DNA of 64,000 nt from an uncultured Clostridia bacterium (lineage in GTDB: Bacteria > Bacillota > Clostridia > Christensenellales > CAG-917): NCBI GenBank assembly GCA_963532875.1, contig CAUSLO010000002.1:1377-65376 (forward strand). The letters run 5' to 3'. The number at the start of each line of letters is the position of its first letter. The first letter of the stretch is position 1. Shown piece after piece: positions 20,895 through 30,466 of the stretch. The notes below the pieces were generated by a model. That model worked only from the letters and a program-made list of their open reading frames with translations, ran no database searches and was not told where the DNA came from. The position numbers and the translations under genes are program-made.

Positions 20895-21572
20895 TTATTT
20901 TTTCTTTTTTGATTTTGCCAGTCCTGCTTGCTCCATTACTTCAGCAGCGAAATCGTCAACTCTCTTTTCAAGGCCTTCGCCCATTTCATAGCGAACAAAT
21001 CTTCTAACTGAAATCTTTTCACCAATCTTTGCAGTTGCTTCTGTTACAAGTTGTTGAATAGTCTTTGAAGGATCAATTATATAATCTTGTTCTAAAAGAC
21101 ATACTTCTTTATAATACTTGCTTATTCTTCCTTCCACCATTTTTTCAATAATTGGTAATGGCTTTGGTTTTGCTTCATTTAATGCTTGTTGTTTTAATAT
21201 CTTTTTCTCTTCTTCAACATTTGCTGCTGGAACTTCTTCCTTTGTAACGTACTTAGGATTTGAAGCTGCAATATGCATTGCGATATTGTGTGCTAATTCC
21301 TTGAAAGCATCTCCCATAGCAACGAAGTCTGTCTCACAGTTGATTTCTAACAAAACACCAATTTTCCCATTGAAGTGAACATAACTTTCAACAAGACCCA
21401 TTGATGCAATTCTTCCTTGTTTTTTTGCTGCTGATGCCATTCCTTTTTCTCTTAAGAAAGTAATTGCCTTTTCCATATCACCATTAGATGCTTCTAATGC
21501 TTTTTTACAATCCATCATTCCTACGCCAGTTCTTTGACGTAAATCCATAACATCTTTACTTGTAAATGCCAT
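20895..21572 (-). CDS. tsf: elongation factor Ts (short form, 225 aa)
   Basis: N-terminal UBA-like motif [16 protein letters not shown]. It follows rpsB. Confidence 0.95.
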   Translation of the reverse strand: MAFTSKDVMDLRQRTGVGMMDCKKALEASNGDMEKAITFLREKGMASAAKKQGRIASMGLVESYVHFNGKIGVLLEINCETDFVAMGDAFKELAHNIAMHIAASNPKYVTKEEVPAANVEEEKKILKQQALNEAKPKPLPIIEKMVEGRISKYYKEVCLLEQDYIIDPSKTIQQLVTEATAKIGEKISVRRFVRYEMGEGLEKRVDDFAAEVMEQAGLAKSKKKK

Positions 21573-21583
21573 TTTTACTCTCC

Positions 21584-22435
21584 TTATTTCTTATTTGATT
21601 TTTTTAATTTTTGTTGTTCTTTTTCTTTGATTGCTCTTGTTAATGCATCTTCTTCTTTTTTAACTTCAACAACTTCTTCTACTCTTACCTCTGGAGCAAC
21701 TTCTTCGTTTTCAACAACTTCTTCTGTTGCTGAAACTGGTGGAACATATGACTCACCTTGTTTTGCTTCTAAGACTGCATTTGCAATTGTACCTGCAAAC
21801 AATTGAATTGAACGAATAGCGTCGTCATTACCTGGGATTACAACATCAACCAAATCAGGATCACAGTTTGTATCAACAACACCAACAATTGGTATCCCTA
21901 ATTTTTTTGCTTCACTGATTGCTATATCTTCATTCTTTAAATCAACAACGAATAAGCATCCAGGAAGTGATCTCATATTTTTAATACCGCCAAGGTTGTT
22001 CTCTAACTTATCTCTTGTTGCCTTAAGTTGTAAAACTTCTTTCTTTGGTAATAAATCGAAATCTCCAAGAATTTCCATTTGATTGATTTTGTTTAATCTT
22101 TCAATTCTTGTACGAATTGTCTTAAAGTTTGTTAATGTTCCCCCCAACCATCTTTTGTTGATATAGAACATTCCACAACGTTCTGCTTCTTCTTTAATTG
22201 CGTCTTGTGCTTGTTTTTTTGTACCTACAAAAAGAATACTCTTGCCTTGTAATGCGATGTTCTTAACAAACTCATATGCATTCTCAACGCATTCTACACA
22301 TGACTCTAAGTTGATAATATGTATTCCGTTACGATGACCATAAATGTACTTTGCCATCTTTGGATTCCATTTATCCTTTTGATGTCCAAAATGAACACCT
22401 GCTTCTAACAAATCTTTCATTGAAATTACTGACAT
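21584..22435 (-). CDS. rpsB: 30S ribosomal protein S2 with an acidic/basic C-terminal tail
   Basis: [11 protein letters not shown] motif, 283 aa. Confidence 0.95.
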   Translation of the reverse strand: MSVISMKDLLEAGVHFGHQKDKWNPKMAKYIYGHRNGIHIINLESCVECVENAYEFVKNIALQGKSILFVGTKKQAQDAIKEEAERCGMFYINKRWLGGTLTNFKTIRTRIERLNKINQMEILGDFDLLPKKEVLQLKATRDKLENNLGGIKNMRSLPGCLFVVDLKNEDIAISEAKKLGIPIVGVVDTNCDPDLVDVVIPGNDDAIRSIQLFAGTIANAVLEAKQGESYVPPVSATEEVVENEEVAPEVRVEEVVEVKKEEDALTRAIKEKEQQKLKKSNKK

Positions 22436-22537
22436 AATAAAAAAAACTCCTATTGTTTATTTTTTACAAATTTACTTCTTCACCTTAAAAAACTTAACAA
22501 CAACTAAGGCTCAGCAAATCTGCTAAATTCGTATTAA

Positions 22538-22566
22538 ATCTTACACTAAAATAAGAATAACTGCAA
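22538..22566 (-). promoter_or_regulatory. candidate sigma-A promoter of the rpsB operon
   Basis: The minus strand reads TTGCAG-N17-TAAGAT, about 100 nt upstream of the rpsB ATG. Confidence 0.35.
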
Positions 22567-22609
22567 AAAAAATGAGACTAAAATCGAACTTTTTTATAAG
22601 TTAAAAGAA

Positions 22610-23029
22610 TTACTCTTCCTCTTCTTCCATTTCGTCTAGAATATCTAGATCACTTTGAAACATTTTGAATAACTCTTCGACATCCTTCTCATCGTCAACC
22701 ATCTCATATTCAGTAGATGTTTCTAATTCATTAGATTTTGAATTTTTGCTCTTTTGAAGTGAAACATTAACTTCTTTAGCAAAATACAACATTGCTTGTT
22801 CATCGTCTGATCCTAACTCTACCATCCCAATATGTCTTGCATTTTTATAGAATACTTCCCAAATTACTTCAAATGCTTTTTCTTCACCTGTCTCTACATT
22901 TTGAAATGAAATTATTTCTTGTATTTCATCTTCACAACCGCAGTCATGCCCACAGCCACAACCACAATCGCACTCATCATGATGATGTTCATGTTGCTTA
23001 TGCTCTTTATTATCTTTCTTATTTGCCAT
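22610..23029 (-). CDS. DUF1292/YrzB-type (UPF0473) protein with an N-terminal His/Cys-rich extension
   Basis: It sits directly after ruvX, as yrzB does in Bacillus. The core FEVIWEVFYKNARHIGMVEL...YEMVDDEKDVEELFKMF with an acidic tail resembles YrzB. The N-terminus is HKQHEHHHDECDCGCGCGHDCGCEDE. Confidence 0.7.
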   Translation of the reverse strand: MANKKDNKEHKQHEHHHDECDCGCGCGHDCGCEDEIQEIISFQNVETGEEKAFEVIWEVFYKNARHIGMVELGSDDEQAMLYFAKEVNVSLQKSKNSKSNELETSTEYEMVDDEKDVEELFKMFQSDLDILDEMEEEEE

Positions 23030-23039
23030 ACTACACCTC

Positions 23040-23447
23040 TTATATTTTTTCTAAATAAGATTGCAGTATTATCGTTGCAGCAACCTTATCAATAACTTGT
23101 TTTCTTTTATCCCTTCGCACATTGGCAGAGATAAGGGTTTTTTCAGCACTAACAGTAGTTAAACGTTCATCTTGATATACGACCTTTATACCACTTACTC
23201 TTTGAAGTTCATCTCCAAAGGTCTTTACTTTTTCTACCATTGGACCAAAAGTGCCATCCATATTTATTGGTAATCCAAGTACTATCGTATCACATCCTTC
23301 CCTTTTCGCATAATCAGCAAAGTATTGAATATCAGTTTCTGGATCTTTTCTTTTATATGTTTCTCTAGGATTTGCAGTGATATTGAGTAAATCACTTATC
23401 GCTACTCCTATTCTTGCGTCTCCCAAATCCAATGCTAATTTTCTCAA
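23040..23447 (-). CDS. ruvX: RuvX/YqgF putative pre-16S rRNA nuclease (Holliday-junction-resolvase-like)
   Basis: LALDLGDARIGVAISD N-terminus, 135 aa. Confidence 0.9.
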   Translation of the reverse strand: MRKLALDLGDARIGVAISDLLNITANPRETYKRKDPETDIQYFADYAKREGCDTIVLGLPINMDGTFGPMVEKVKTFGDELQRVSGIKVVYQDERLTTVSAEKTLISANVRRDKRKQVIDKVAATIILQSYLEKI

Positions 23448-24739
23448 TTTCCCCTCTCTTTTTTTCTTTTGATAATTTCTTTTTCAAATCCAACATCTTT
23501 GGGGAAATAGAATTTCTCGTTTTCAATTTCTTTAGGTAGATATTGCTGTTTTACAAATCCATTAGGGTAATTGTGTGGATATAGGTATTCTTGTCCCTTC
23601 CCGAATTTATTTAAATTATCTCTCAAATGAAATGGTACTTCTTCTTTCTTTATATTTTTTACTGCCTCTTGTGCCTTCTCTAAAGCCATGCATACGGTAT
23701 TTGACTTCGGGGCTTCAGATATATATATAATTGCTTCTGCTAATGGAATCATTGCTTCCGGTAACCCAACCTTCTCTAATGCTTTCATAGCCGAAACCGC
23801 AATTGTTAATGCATATGGATCAGCCATTCCGACATCTTCAGAAGCATGTATAATTATTCGTCTTGCAATTAGTAAAGGATCACAACCGCCTTCTATCATC
23901 CTTACAGCCCAATACAATGCGGCATCTGAAGATGAGCCCCTCATGCTTTTTATAAAGGCTGAAATCATGTCATAGTACATGCTTTCATTCATTTCATAAC
24001 TTCTATCAGAAACTAATCTTTTTATACTTTCTAAATCAATTTTTATTTTGCCATCTTTGTCACAGTTGCAATAACTGACGGCAAGTTCTAGATAATTAAA
24101 TAGTTTTCTCAAATCACCATTTGCAATATTAATTAGCCCTTCACGTGCGTCATTATCAAGTTTTATTGGTGTTTTACCAAGTCCTCTTTCTTCATCTTTT
24201 AAAACAACATCAATTGCTTTATTCATCTCCTCTACTGAAATACGCTCAAACTTAAAAACTTTACAACGAGACAATAAAGCCCTTGTCAAATTCGCATATG
24301 GGTTTTCTGTTGTAGAGCCAATAAATGTTATCCAACCTTCCTCGATTGCTTGTAGGATGCAATCTGATTGTGCTTTGTTCCAACGATGACATTCATCCAA
24401 CAAAAAATATGTCTTACGATTATACATTTGGGCATATTCTTTCGCTTTTTTAATTACTTCTTTTGCTTCTGCAACTCCAGATGAAACTGCATTTAATTGA
24501 AAAAATTCAGCCCTATCATCTTTGGCTATTATCTTTGCTATTGAGGTTTTACCAACTCCAGGAGGTCCATATAAAATAATACTTGGTACTTTACATTCTT
24601 TAATTAGTTTATATAACAGAGAACCCTTCCCAAGCACATCAGATTGCCCCAAAAACTCATCAATGTTTCTAGGTCTCATTCTGTCTGCTAGCGGGGCATA
24701 AGTCTTATTACTATTGCTTGCAGAAAATAAATCAATCAC
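23444..24739 (-). CDS. rarA: replication-associated recombination protein A (AAA+ ATPase)
   Basis: YGPPGVGKTSIAKII Walker A and a MgsA-type C-terminal domain, 431 aa. Confidence 0.9.
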   Translation of the reverse strand: MIDLFSASNSNKTYAPLADRMRPRNIDEFLGQSDVLGKGSLLYKLIKECKVPSIILYGPPGVGKTSIAKIIAKDDRAEFFQLNAVSSGVAEAKEVIKKAKEYAQMYNRKTYFLLDECHRWNKAQSDCILQAIEEGWITFIGSTTENPYANLTRALLSRCKVFKFERISVEEMNKAIDVVLKDEERGLGKTPIKLDNDAREGLINIANGDLRKLFNYLELAVSYCNCDKDGKIKIDLESIKRLVSDRSYEMNESMYYDMISAFIKSMRGSSSDAALYWAVRMIEGGCDPLLIARRIIIHASEDVGMADPYALTIAVSAMKALEKVGLPEAMIPLAEAIIYISEAPKSNTVCMALEKAQEAVKNIKKEEVPFHLRDNLNKFGKGQEYLYPHNYPNGFVKQQYLPKEIENEKFYFPKDVGFEKEIIKRKKERGN

Positions 24740-25074
24740 AATCTAAATCCAACAACATTTACATTAATTGCACTGACTGGTAACCCAACGTACTGTTCAA
24801 TCGCAAAACGGATTTCACTCTCAACTGAATTCCTAACGGCATTAACATTTACACCTACTTTCAAAACGACATCTACTTCTATGTTTAGACTATTATCTTG
24901 ATACTTAATCTTTGTACCACGTAACAGTCTACGCAATTGCCAATCACCAAACTTGTTGTGGCTTCGTGAAAAAGTCCAAACACCATATACTTCAGATGCT
25001 GCTTGAGTAACTATTACTTTTATTGTCTCATTTTTAATATAGATTTTTCCGTATTTATTTGTTGTATTTAACAT
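24736..25074 (-). CDS. Asp23/Gls24-family (alkaline shock) protein
   Basis: 112 aa; YGKIYIKNETIKVIVTQAASEVYGV is typical of the Asp23 family. Confidence 0.8.
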   Translation of the reverse strand: MLNTTNKYGKIYIKNETIKVIVTQAASEVYGVWTFSRSHNKFGDWQLRRLLRGTKIKYQDNSLNIEVDVVLKVGVNVNAVRNSVESEIRFAIEQYVGLPVSAINVNVVGFRL

Positions 25075-25153
25075 TTATCTCCGTTGAAGTCATTTTAACA
25101 CATTAGTATTTTTCATAAAAGAAATACATATACAGAATGCTAATTAATTCAAT

Positions 25154-25228
25154 TGGAGCTGATAGGGGGAATTGAACCCCCACTCCCTACCTTACCAAGG
25201 TAGTGCTTTACCTTTAAGCCATATCAGC
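25154..25228 (-). tRNA. tRNA-Thr (anticodon GGU), CCA encoded
   Basis: The minus strand reads GCTGATA-TG-GCTT-AAAGGTA-AAGC-A-CTACC-TTGGTAA-GGTAG-GGAGT-GGGGG-TTCAATT-CCCCC-TATCAGC-T-CCA. This folds as a full cloverleaf with a 7-bp acceptor stem and a TTC loop. It begins 3 nt after the upstream CDS stop. Confidence 0.9.
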
Positions 25229-25231
25229 AAA

Positions 25232-25588
25232 TTACAAATTAAAATTGAATGTATTTGGGTTTGTTAATATACTCAATAACAATATTGAAAGTCCCCAACC
25301 TATTGCCGATGAAATAAGCATGGACTTCCCTAACTCACGTCTTTCACTTTCAAATAAGAATACTATTCCTACAATTAAACCTACAATTGGAATAAAGAAT
25401 GCCAAAATACACATAAGAATTCGTTCTGCTTTACTAGAGCGATTAATTGGCTCATATTGCTGTTTTGCTCCAAAAATAACATTTTGTTGTGTTTCTGTTT
25501 CTGGAATATTAATAGACAAAAAAGAATCATATTCCGATTCTTTTTCTACAGGAATTTTATTTTCATTATCCTTGTTATCGTTAAGCAA
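25232..25588 (-). CDS. small membrane protein (two C-terminal TM helices); start uncertain
   Basis: The C-terminal part ILMCILAFFIPIVGLIVGIVFL...ISSAIGWGLSILLLSIL is hydrophobic. The track start is a TTG one codon after an in-frame TAG, with no SD and no ATG until codon ~58. Confidence 0.5.
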   Translation of the reverse strand: MLNDNKDNENKIPVEKESEYDSFLSINIPETETQQNVIFGAKQQYEPINRSSKAERILMCILAFFIPIVGLIVGIVFLFESERRELGKSMLISSAIGWGLSILLLSILTNPNTFNFNL

Positions 25589-25591
25589 AAA

Positions 25592-25747
25592 CTATTTATT
25601 TAAACCAGCAAGTTGTACAATGCAATATACGATTGCACCTAACATAACTCCGCCGAAAATTGCACTAGTAATTAAAAATCTGAATGGATTTTTCTTTCTT
25701 TTCTTTTTTTCTTGCTCTGGTGGTGTAACTGTTACGTTTGGATCCAT
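25592..25747 (-). CDS. 51-aa single-TM small protein (below the track cutoff)
   Basis: AGGAGG-ACAAT-ATG precedes the start. It translates to MDPNVTVTPPEQEKKKRKKNPFRFLITSAIFGGVMLGAIVYCIVQLAGLNK and ends at TAG. Confidence 0.5.
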   Translation of the reverse strand: MDPNVTVTPPEQEKKKRKKNPFRFLITSAIFGGVMLGAIVYCIVQLAGLNK

Positions 25748-25756
25748 ATTGTCCTC

Positions 25757-26119
25757 CTAAATAACTGAATATAATATAAAGAATAAGGCTGTTCCTATTC
25801 CCAACATTACTAATAAATGTAAAATAACTAATACGATAGAATATCCGTTTTTACTAGACATCTTCTTCAACATGTCAGCAAATGATGCGTCATCTTCATA
25901 ATCTTGAACACCAAAATCTAATGAAGGTAACCGTGAACCATCCATTGGAAATAACTGATCTGTATTAAGAACCAATCCCTTATCATTAGGAACTGTTCCT
26001 TGTGGCATCTGTGTCATATCTGGAACTGGTTGATCTTGTTGCACTTGTTGTTGATCAATTTCTTGAGTTATATCGCTATACTCTTCAAATAAATTGTCAT
26101 TGATTTGATTTTCATCCAT
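25757..26119 (-). CDS. tail-anchored membrane protein with an acidic/Gln-rich N-terminus, unknown function
   Basis: The ATG at 26119 is preceded by AGGAG-N8; the track start TTG 26152 is probably too long. A C-terminal TM helix reads IVLVILHLLVMLGIGTALFFILY. It ends at TAG. Confidence 0.55.
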   Translation of the reverse strand: MDENQINDNLFEEYSDITQEIDQQQVQQDQPVPDMTQMPQGTVPNDKGLVLNTDQLFPMDGSRLPSLDFGVQDYEDDASFADMLKKMSSKNGYSIVLVILHLLVMLGIGTALFFILYSVI

Positions 26120-26293
26120 ACTTCTATCTCCTATTGCTTTCTTTAAATGCAATACTTGTAATTATTATAACGTCAAAACCCTTTTATTCCTATGTTGAAT
26201 TTTAATAAAAATGATATTCCATTGAATAACATCTTTAACCCCTTTATAACCATCGCTTTTGAGCAATTTCCCCCACTCATATTGCACCCAAAA

Positions 26294-27151
26294 TTAAAAA
26301 TTGATTAGTTCTCCGACAACATCTACTATCTTCTCAATTATGTCTTTTGGCAATGCAGAATACTCATTTACTTCACATAATTCGGCACAACGTCCCAAAA
26401 TATATGAACCTATAACTCCTGCTTCAAATATAGGAACACCTATTGCTAATAACCCACAAATAATCCCAGATAGGATATCTCCGCTCCCTCCTTTGGCAAG
26501 TTTTGCATTTCCTGTCTGATTTATGTACTCCTCTTTTCCATCGGTTACGTATGAATTATGCCCCTTTAAAATAACTACACAGTTGTGCTTATCAGCGAAT
26601 TCTCTTGCGTTCTCTTTTGTGCCATCATTGCCTGTTAGCCTTTGAAATTCTCTATCATTAGGTGTGAGTATAGCTCTGTTTTTTAAATTAAAATTTAATG
26701 TATCCGTAATTGCATCGGCATCAATAACCATATTTGCTGTTGTCTTATCTAATACATATTCAATGAAGTTGATTGAATTTGCTTTGTTAATACCCATGCC
26801 AATAGCAATTGAATTAACGCCATACGTTATTTTTTTATTAACCCGATTTGAAAACTTTATATTTCCAAATTTCGTAGGTAATTTAATAACTCCCGAATAT
26901 TCCACATAGTTCAGGGCATATTTTGCCAATACTCCGGGTAAGGCAATAAAGGATATCCCTGTACCAACTAACATAGTTGCGGTGGTTTGAGAAAGAAGTT
27001 TTTCAAGTGCTAGACAAGAAAATTTTGGTGCTCCAACATACTTGTATGAACCTCCAATAATTAGAGAACGACCATAATCAAGTTTAGATGTATTATCATC
27101 TCGCTTTTTAAAATATTTTTGTGCTAACTCTTTAATTTCCAAAGACTTCAT
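26294..27151 (-). CDS. nnrD: ADP-dependent NAD(P)H-hydrate dehydratase (YjeF C-terminal type)
   Basis: GGSGDILSGIICGLLA motif within a carbohydrate-kinase fold. The ATG is at 27151; the track starts at TTG 27154. Confidence 0.85.
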   Translation of the reverse strand: MKSLEIKELAQKYFKKRDDNTSKLDYGRSLIIGGSYKYVGAPKFSCLALEKLLSQTTATMLVGTGISFIALPGVLAKYALNYVEYSGVIKLPTKFGNIKFSNRVNKKITYGVNSIAIGMGINKANSINFIEYVLDKTTANMVIDADAITDTLNFNLKNRAILTPNDREFQRLTGNDGTKENAREFADKHNCVVILKGHNSYVTDGKEEYINQTGNAKLAKGGSGDILSGIICGLLAIGVPIFEAGVIGSYILGRCAELCEVNEYSALPKDIIEKIVDVVGELINF

Positions 27152-27578
27152 CAAATGCTACTTTTGCGATGTCGTATGAAATTCCTTTTGTTGCTAGATG
27201 AGCGAATATTTTCTGTTTGTCTTCTTCGGTTAAGTGTCTAATTCTGACATACTTTTCTAAAATTTCTGTTGCACTTTCTATTTGCATTTCATCAGTAAGT
27301 TGATCCATTAATGCAAACTTAACGACATCTGAATCAACTTTTTTATCAAATATTAATTTTTGTTTTAAAAGGTTTTTGCCATATCTTTTATAATTATATG
27401 AAATATACATTTTGGCGTATTCTTCATCGTTAATATAATTGTATTTTTTGCAAAAAGATACAGCCTCATCTACCTCCTCATCTGTGTAATATTTATCATG
27501 CAATTTTGCACGTAATTCGTGTTCAGATCTTGGAGAAATATTTAATAACTTTAGTGCTGCATCTTTTGCTGTTTTCAT
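27132..27578 (-). CDS. recX: recombination regulator RecX
   Basis: 148 aa with repeated helical RecX motifs (AALKLLNISPRSEHELRAKL, EEVDEAVSFCKKYNYINDEEYA). Confidence 0.85.
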   Translation of the reverse strand: MKTAKDAALKLLNISPRSEHELRAKLHDKYYTDEEVDEAVSFCKKYNYINDEEYAKMYISYNYKRYGKNLLKQKLIFDKKVDSDVVKFALMDQLTDEMQIESATEILEKYVRIRHLTEEDKQKIFAHLATKGISYDIAKVAFDEVFGN

Positions 27579-28642
27579 TAATTAATTGATTCTACCCAAT
27601 TAAATGTGTCTTTCTCTTTCCCATATTGAATGCCTGTTAAAGTATTGAATAGCCATTGTGTTGTTTTTCCCATTTCTCCATTGTTTATGACCATTTCTAC
27701 ACCGTTGTACGAAATCAATCCAACAGGTGAAATTACTGCAGCTGTACCAGTTCCAAAGCATTCTTGCAATTTACCTTTTTTATATGCTTTTACTATTTCT
27801 GCAATTGGTACTTTTCTCTCTTCCGCTTTTGTATCGCCAGCATTGATAATCTTGATTACGCTGTCTCTTGTTATCCCAGGTAGAATTGTGCCATCAAGTT
27901 CTGGTGTTACAACTTTTCCATCAATCACGAAGAAGATATTCATTGCACCAACTTCTTCAACATACTTCTTTTCTTCACCATCTAACCAAAGTACTTGATC
28001 ATATCCGATTTGTTTTGCTTTCTCTCCAGCAAGCAACGAACATGCATAGTTTCCCATGCATTTTGCTTCACCTGTTCCGCCTTGGCATGCTCTTGTGAGT
28101 TTTTCTTCAACAATTAGTTTTGTTGGTTTTAATCCATTTTTGTAATATGAACCTACTGGTGAAAGAATTATACAGAATGTGTATTTCTTTGATGGATGAA
28201 CGCCTAAGAAGTTTTCACTACCAAACATAAAAGGTCTAATATATAATGCAGTTCCTTCATTAGTTGGAATCCACTCTTGTTCAATTTCAATTAATTTTTT
28301 TAAGCCCTCAAGAGCTTTAAACTCATCAAATGTACGCATACAAAGACGTTTTGCACTATTATTCATTCTTTTAAAATTATCTAGAGGTCTAAACATTGTG
28401 ATTTTGCCTTCTTTATTTTTATATGCTTTCAACCCTTCAAATATGCCTTGACCATAATGTAAGGAACAACAAGCAGGTGATATTGATAAATCGTCAAATG
28501 CTCTAATTTCCATTTCACCCCAACCATTTTCTTCGTCGTATTCCCAAATCAACATGTGATCAGTAAAATATTTACCAAATCCCAAATTAGAGAAATCAGG
28601 TTTTTCTTTGCGTGTCTTTACTAAATTTAATTTCATATTCAC
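27578..28642 (-). CDS. ilvE: branched-chain amino acid aminotransferase
   Basis: 354 aa; FEGLKAYK and GGTGEAKCMGNYA motifs of class IV aminotransferases. Confidence 0.9.
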   Translation of the reverse strand: MNMKLNLVKTRKEKPDFSNLGFGKYFTDHMLIWEYDEENGWGEMEIRAFDDLSISPACCSLHYGQGIFEGLKAYKNKEGKITMFRPLDNFKRMNNSAKRLCMRTFDEFKALEGLKKLIEIEQEWIPTNEGTALYIRPFMFGSENFLGVHPSKKYTFCIILSPVGSYYKNGLKPTKLIVEEKLTRACQGGTGEAKCMGNYACSLLAGEKAKQIGYDQVLWLDGEEKKYVEEVGAMNIFFVIDGKVVTPELDGTILPGITRDSVIKIINAGDTKAEERKVPIAEIVKAYKKGKLQECFGTGTAAVISPVGLISYNGVEMVINNGEMGKTTQWLFNTLTGIQYGKEKDTFNWVESIN

Positions 28643-28643
28643 C

Positions 28644-29261
28644 TCACAAACTTATATATGTATTTTCACTTTTTACTATCTTAATTTTTGATGCTGTTAT
28701 CTCTTTAATTTTAGATACAACTTCATCATACTCATTTTGTTTTATATAGCAATCAATATTTATATCCTCAGAATATTCGATATTCTCGAATTTGCCATGT
28801 TCTTTAATGACATTTTGTACCTTTTCAAAATTATCATAACTCAGTGTAATTTTCGTCTTAGTACATAAATATTTTGTTGCTTTAGTTGCCGATGTAAGTC
28901 CTTGAACAGCATTATTATTATACGCAGTTACTAGACCATTTGCACCTAATTTTATCCCACCAAAATACCTTACGACGCACACTAATGTATTAACAATTCC
29001 ACTACTTTGAATCGCCGAAAGTATCGGTTTTCCAGCAGTTCCTTGAGGTTCGCCATCATCAGAACATTTACACTTTTTACCTTCATTAACAACATACGCA
29101 TATGTGCAATGTGTGGCTTTGCTATGACTTTTCCGAATTTCTTTTATTTTGTTTTCAACTGTATTTTCTACAGCCTCCCCTATTACATAGGTTATAAACT
29201 TTGATTTTTTAACTTCATTATTAAAAATATATTCTCCATCTACATAGGTATAACTAATCAC
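28644..29261 (-). CDS. yigZ: YigZ/IMPACT-family protein
   Basis: KSKFITYV, HCTYAYV and DDGEPQGTAGKPIL motifs. Confidence 0.85.
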   Translation of the reverse strand: MISYTYVDGEYIFNNEVKKSKFITYVIGEAVENTVENKIKEIRKSHSKATHCTYAYVVNEGKKCKCSDDGEPQGTAGKPILSAIQSSGIVNTLVCVVRYFGGIKLGANGLVTAYNNNAVQGLTSATKATKYLCTKTKITLSYDNFEKVQNVIKEHGKFENIEYSEDINIDCYIKQNEYDEVVSKIKEITASKIKIVKSENTYISL

Positions 29262-30465
29262 TAAATTTTACCTTAAATATGTTCTTTTTCCCTTTCTTCA
29301 AAATGAACCCTTTTTTCTTCTGTGCATCCGTAACTACATACATAGGGTCTGTAACTACAACATCATCAATTGAAACTCCGCCACCTAGTATAAGACGTTT
29401 TGCTTCTCCATTAGACTTTAATTTTGCAATTTCTGCTAATATTTCAGCAATCCCACTAAATTTATTTGAGATGATAGATTCTGGCATATTTTTGCTGTCT
29501 CCACTGAAAGTGGCATGTACTTGATCTATTACTGCATCTGCTTTTTCTTGTCCGTGTACTAATTTGGTGAGTTCATATGCAAGTCTTTCCTTTGCTTTGT
29601 TCATTCTTTCGTCATTGTATTTAGTCAACTCTGTGATTTCATCTAAACATAAAAATGTCAAATATCTAAACACTTTTTCAACATCTTCATCCGGGATATT
29701 TCTCCAATATTGGAAGAATTCAAATGGTGTGGTTTTATTCTCATCTAACCAAACTGCTCCCTTAGCAGTTTTCCCCATCTTAATTCCTTCTGAAGTGGTT
29801 AGAAGTGAGAAAGTTATTGCAAACGCTTCGCCTCCTTCCTTTCTTCTTATTAGATCGGCACCTGCAAGAATATTGCTCCACTGATCATCGCCACCGCATT
29901 GAAGCACACAGCCATATTTTTTGTATAAGACTAAGAAATCATACGCCTGCATCAACATGTAATTAAATTCTAGGAAACTAAGACCTTTTTCCATTCTTGT
30001 CTTGAAACACTCAGCAGTTAACATTCTATTAACTGAAAATTGTGTTCCTATTTCTCTTAAAAAATCAACGTAGTTTAAATCTAACAACCAATCTGCATTA
30101 TCTACAATTATTGCTGCATTATTGCCTTTATCAAAATTTATAAATCTAGCCATCTGTTTTTTGAAGCAACTAACATTATGGGCAATCGTTTCCCTAGTCA
30201 TCATTGAACGCATATCAGTTCTCCCAGATGGATCTCCAACCATTCCAGTACCGCCACCAACTAATATAATTGGTTTATGCCCTGCTTCTTGCAATCTCTT
30301 TGCAACTATCAATTGCATGAAGTGCCCAACATGTAAACTGTCTGCCGTTGGATCAAATCCAATATAGAATGCCTGACTTTTTTCATCTAATTTTTTCTTT
30401 AATTCGTCCTCAAAAACCACTTGTTTAACTAATCCACGTTCACGCAACTCATCAATTATATTCAT
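29254..30465 (-). CDS. tyrS: tyrosine--tRNA ligase
   Basis: HIGH-type HVGHF, KMSKS-type KMGKT, and a C-terminal S4 domain; 403 aa. Confidence 0.95.
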   Translation of the reverse strand: MNIIDELRERGLVKQVVFEDELKKKLDEKSQAFYIGFDPTADSLHVGHFMQLIVAKRLQEAGHKPIILVGGGTGMVGDPSGRTDMRSMMTRETIAHNVSCFKKQMARFINFDKGNNAAIIVDNADWLLDLNYVDFLREIGTQFSVNRMLTAECFKTRMEKGLSFLEFNYMLMQAYDFLVLYKKYGCVLQCGGDDQWSNILAGADLIRRKEGGEAFAITFSLLTTSEGIKMGKTAKGAVWLDENKTTPFEFFQYWRNIPDEDVEKVFRYLTFLCLDEITELTKYNDERMNKAKERLAYELTKLVHGQEKADAVIDQVHATFSGDSKNMPESIISNKFSGIAEILAEIAKLKSNGEAKRLILGGGVSIDDVVVTDPMYVVTDAQKKKGFILKKGKKNIFKVKFSD

Positions 30466-30466
30466 T

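Noticed and set aside
22436-22609. Structured autoregulatory leader or ncRNA upstream of rpsB
   Set aside because: Only short 4-5 bp hairpins are visible (AGCA-GATT-TGCT, CCTTA...TAAGG). I do not recognise any family. I kept only a low-confidence promoter call.
25245-25760. 171-aa plus-strand ORF covering the small-membrane-protein cluster
   Set aside because: It is antisense to ORFs that have a strong AGGAGG-ATG start and clear TM helices. Its own product is a featureless hydrophobic/low-complexity string. It is interesting only because it mirrors the stop-poor minus frame discussed in the findings.
26173-26280. 35-codon minus-strand ORF (MSGGNCSKAMVIKGLKMLFNGISFLLKFNIGIKGF) in the spacer after nnrD
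   Set aside because: The ribosome-binding site is weak or absent, nothing about it is recognisable, and it lies where the promoter of the downstream small-protein/tRNA unit is expected. This is insufficient support.
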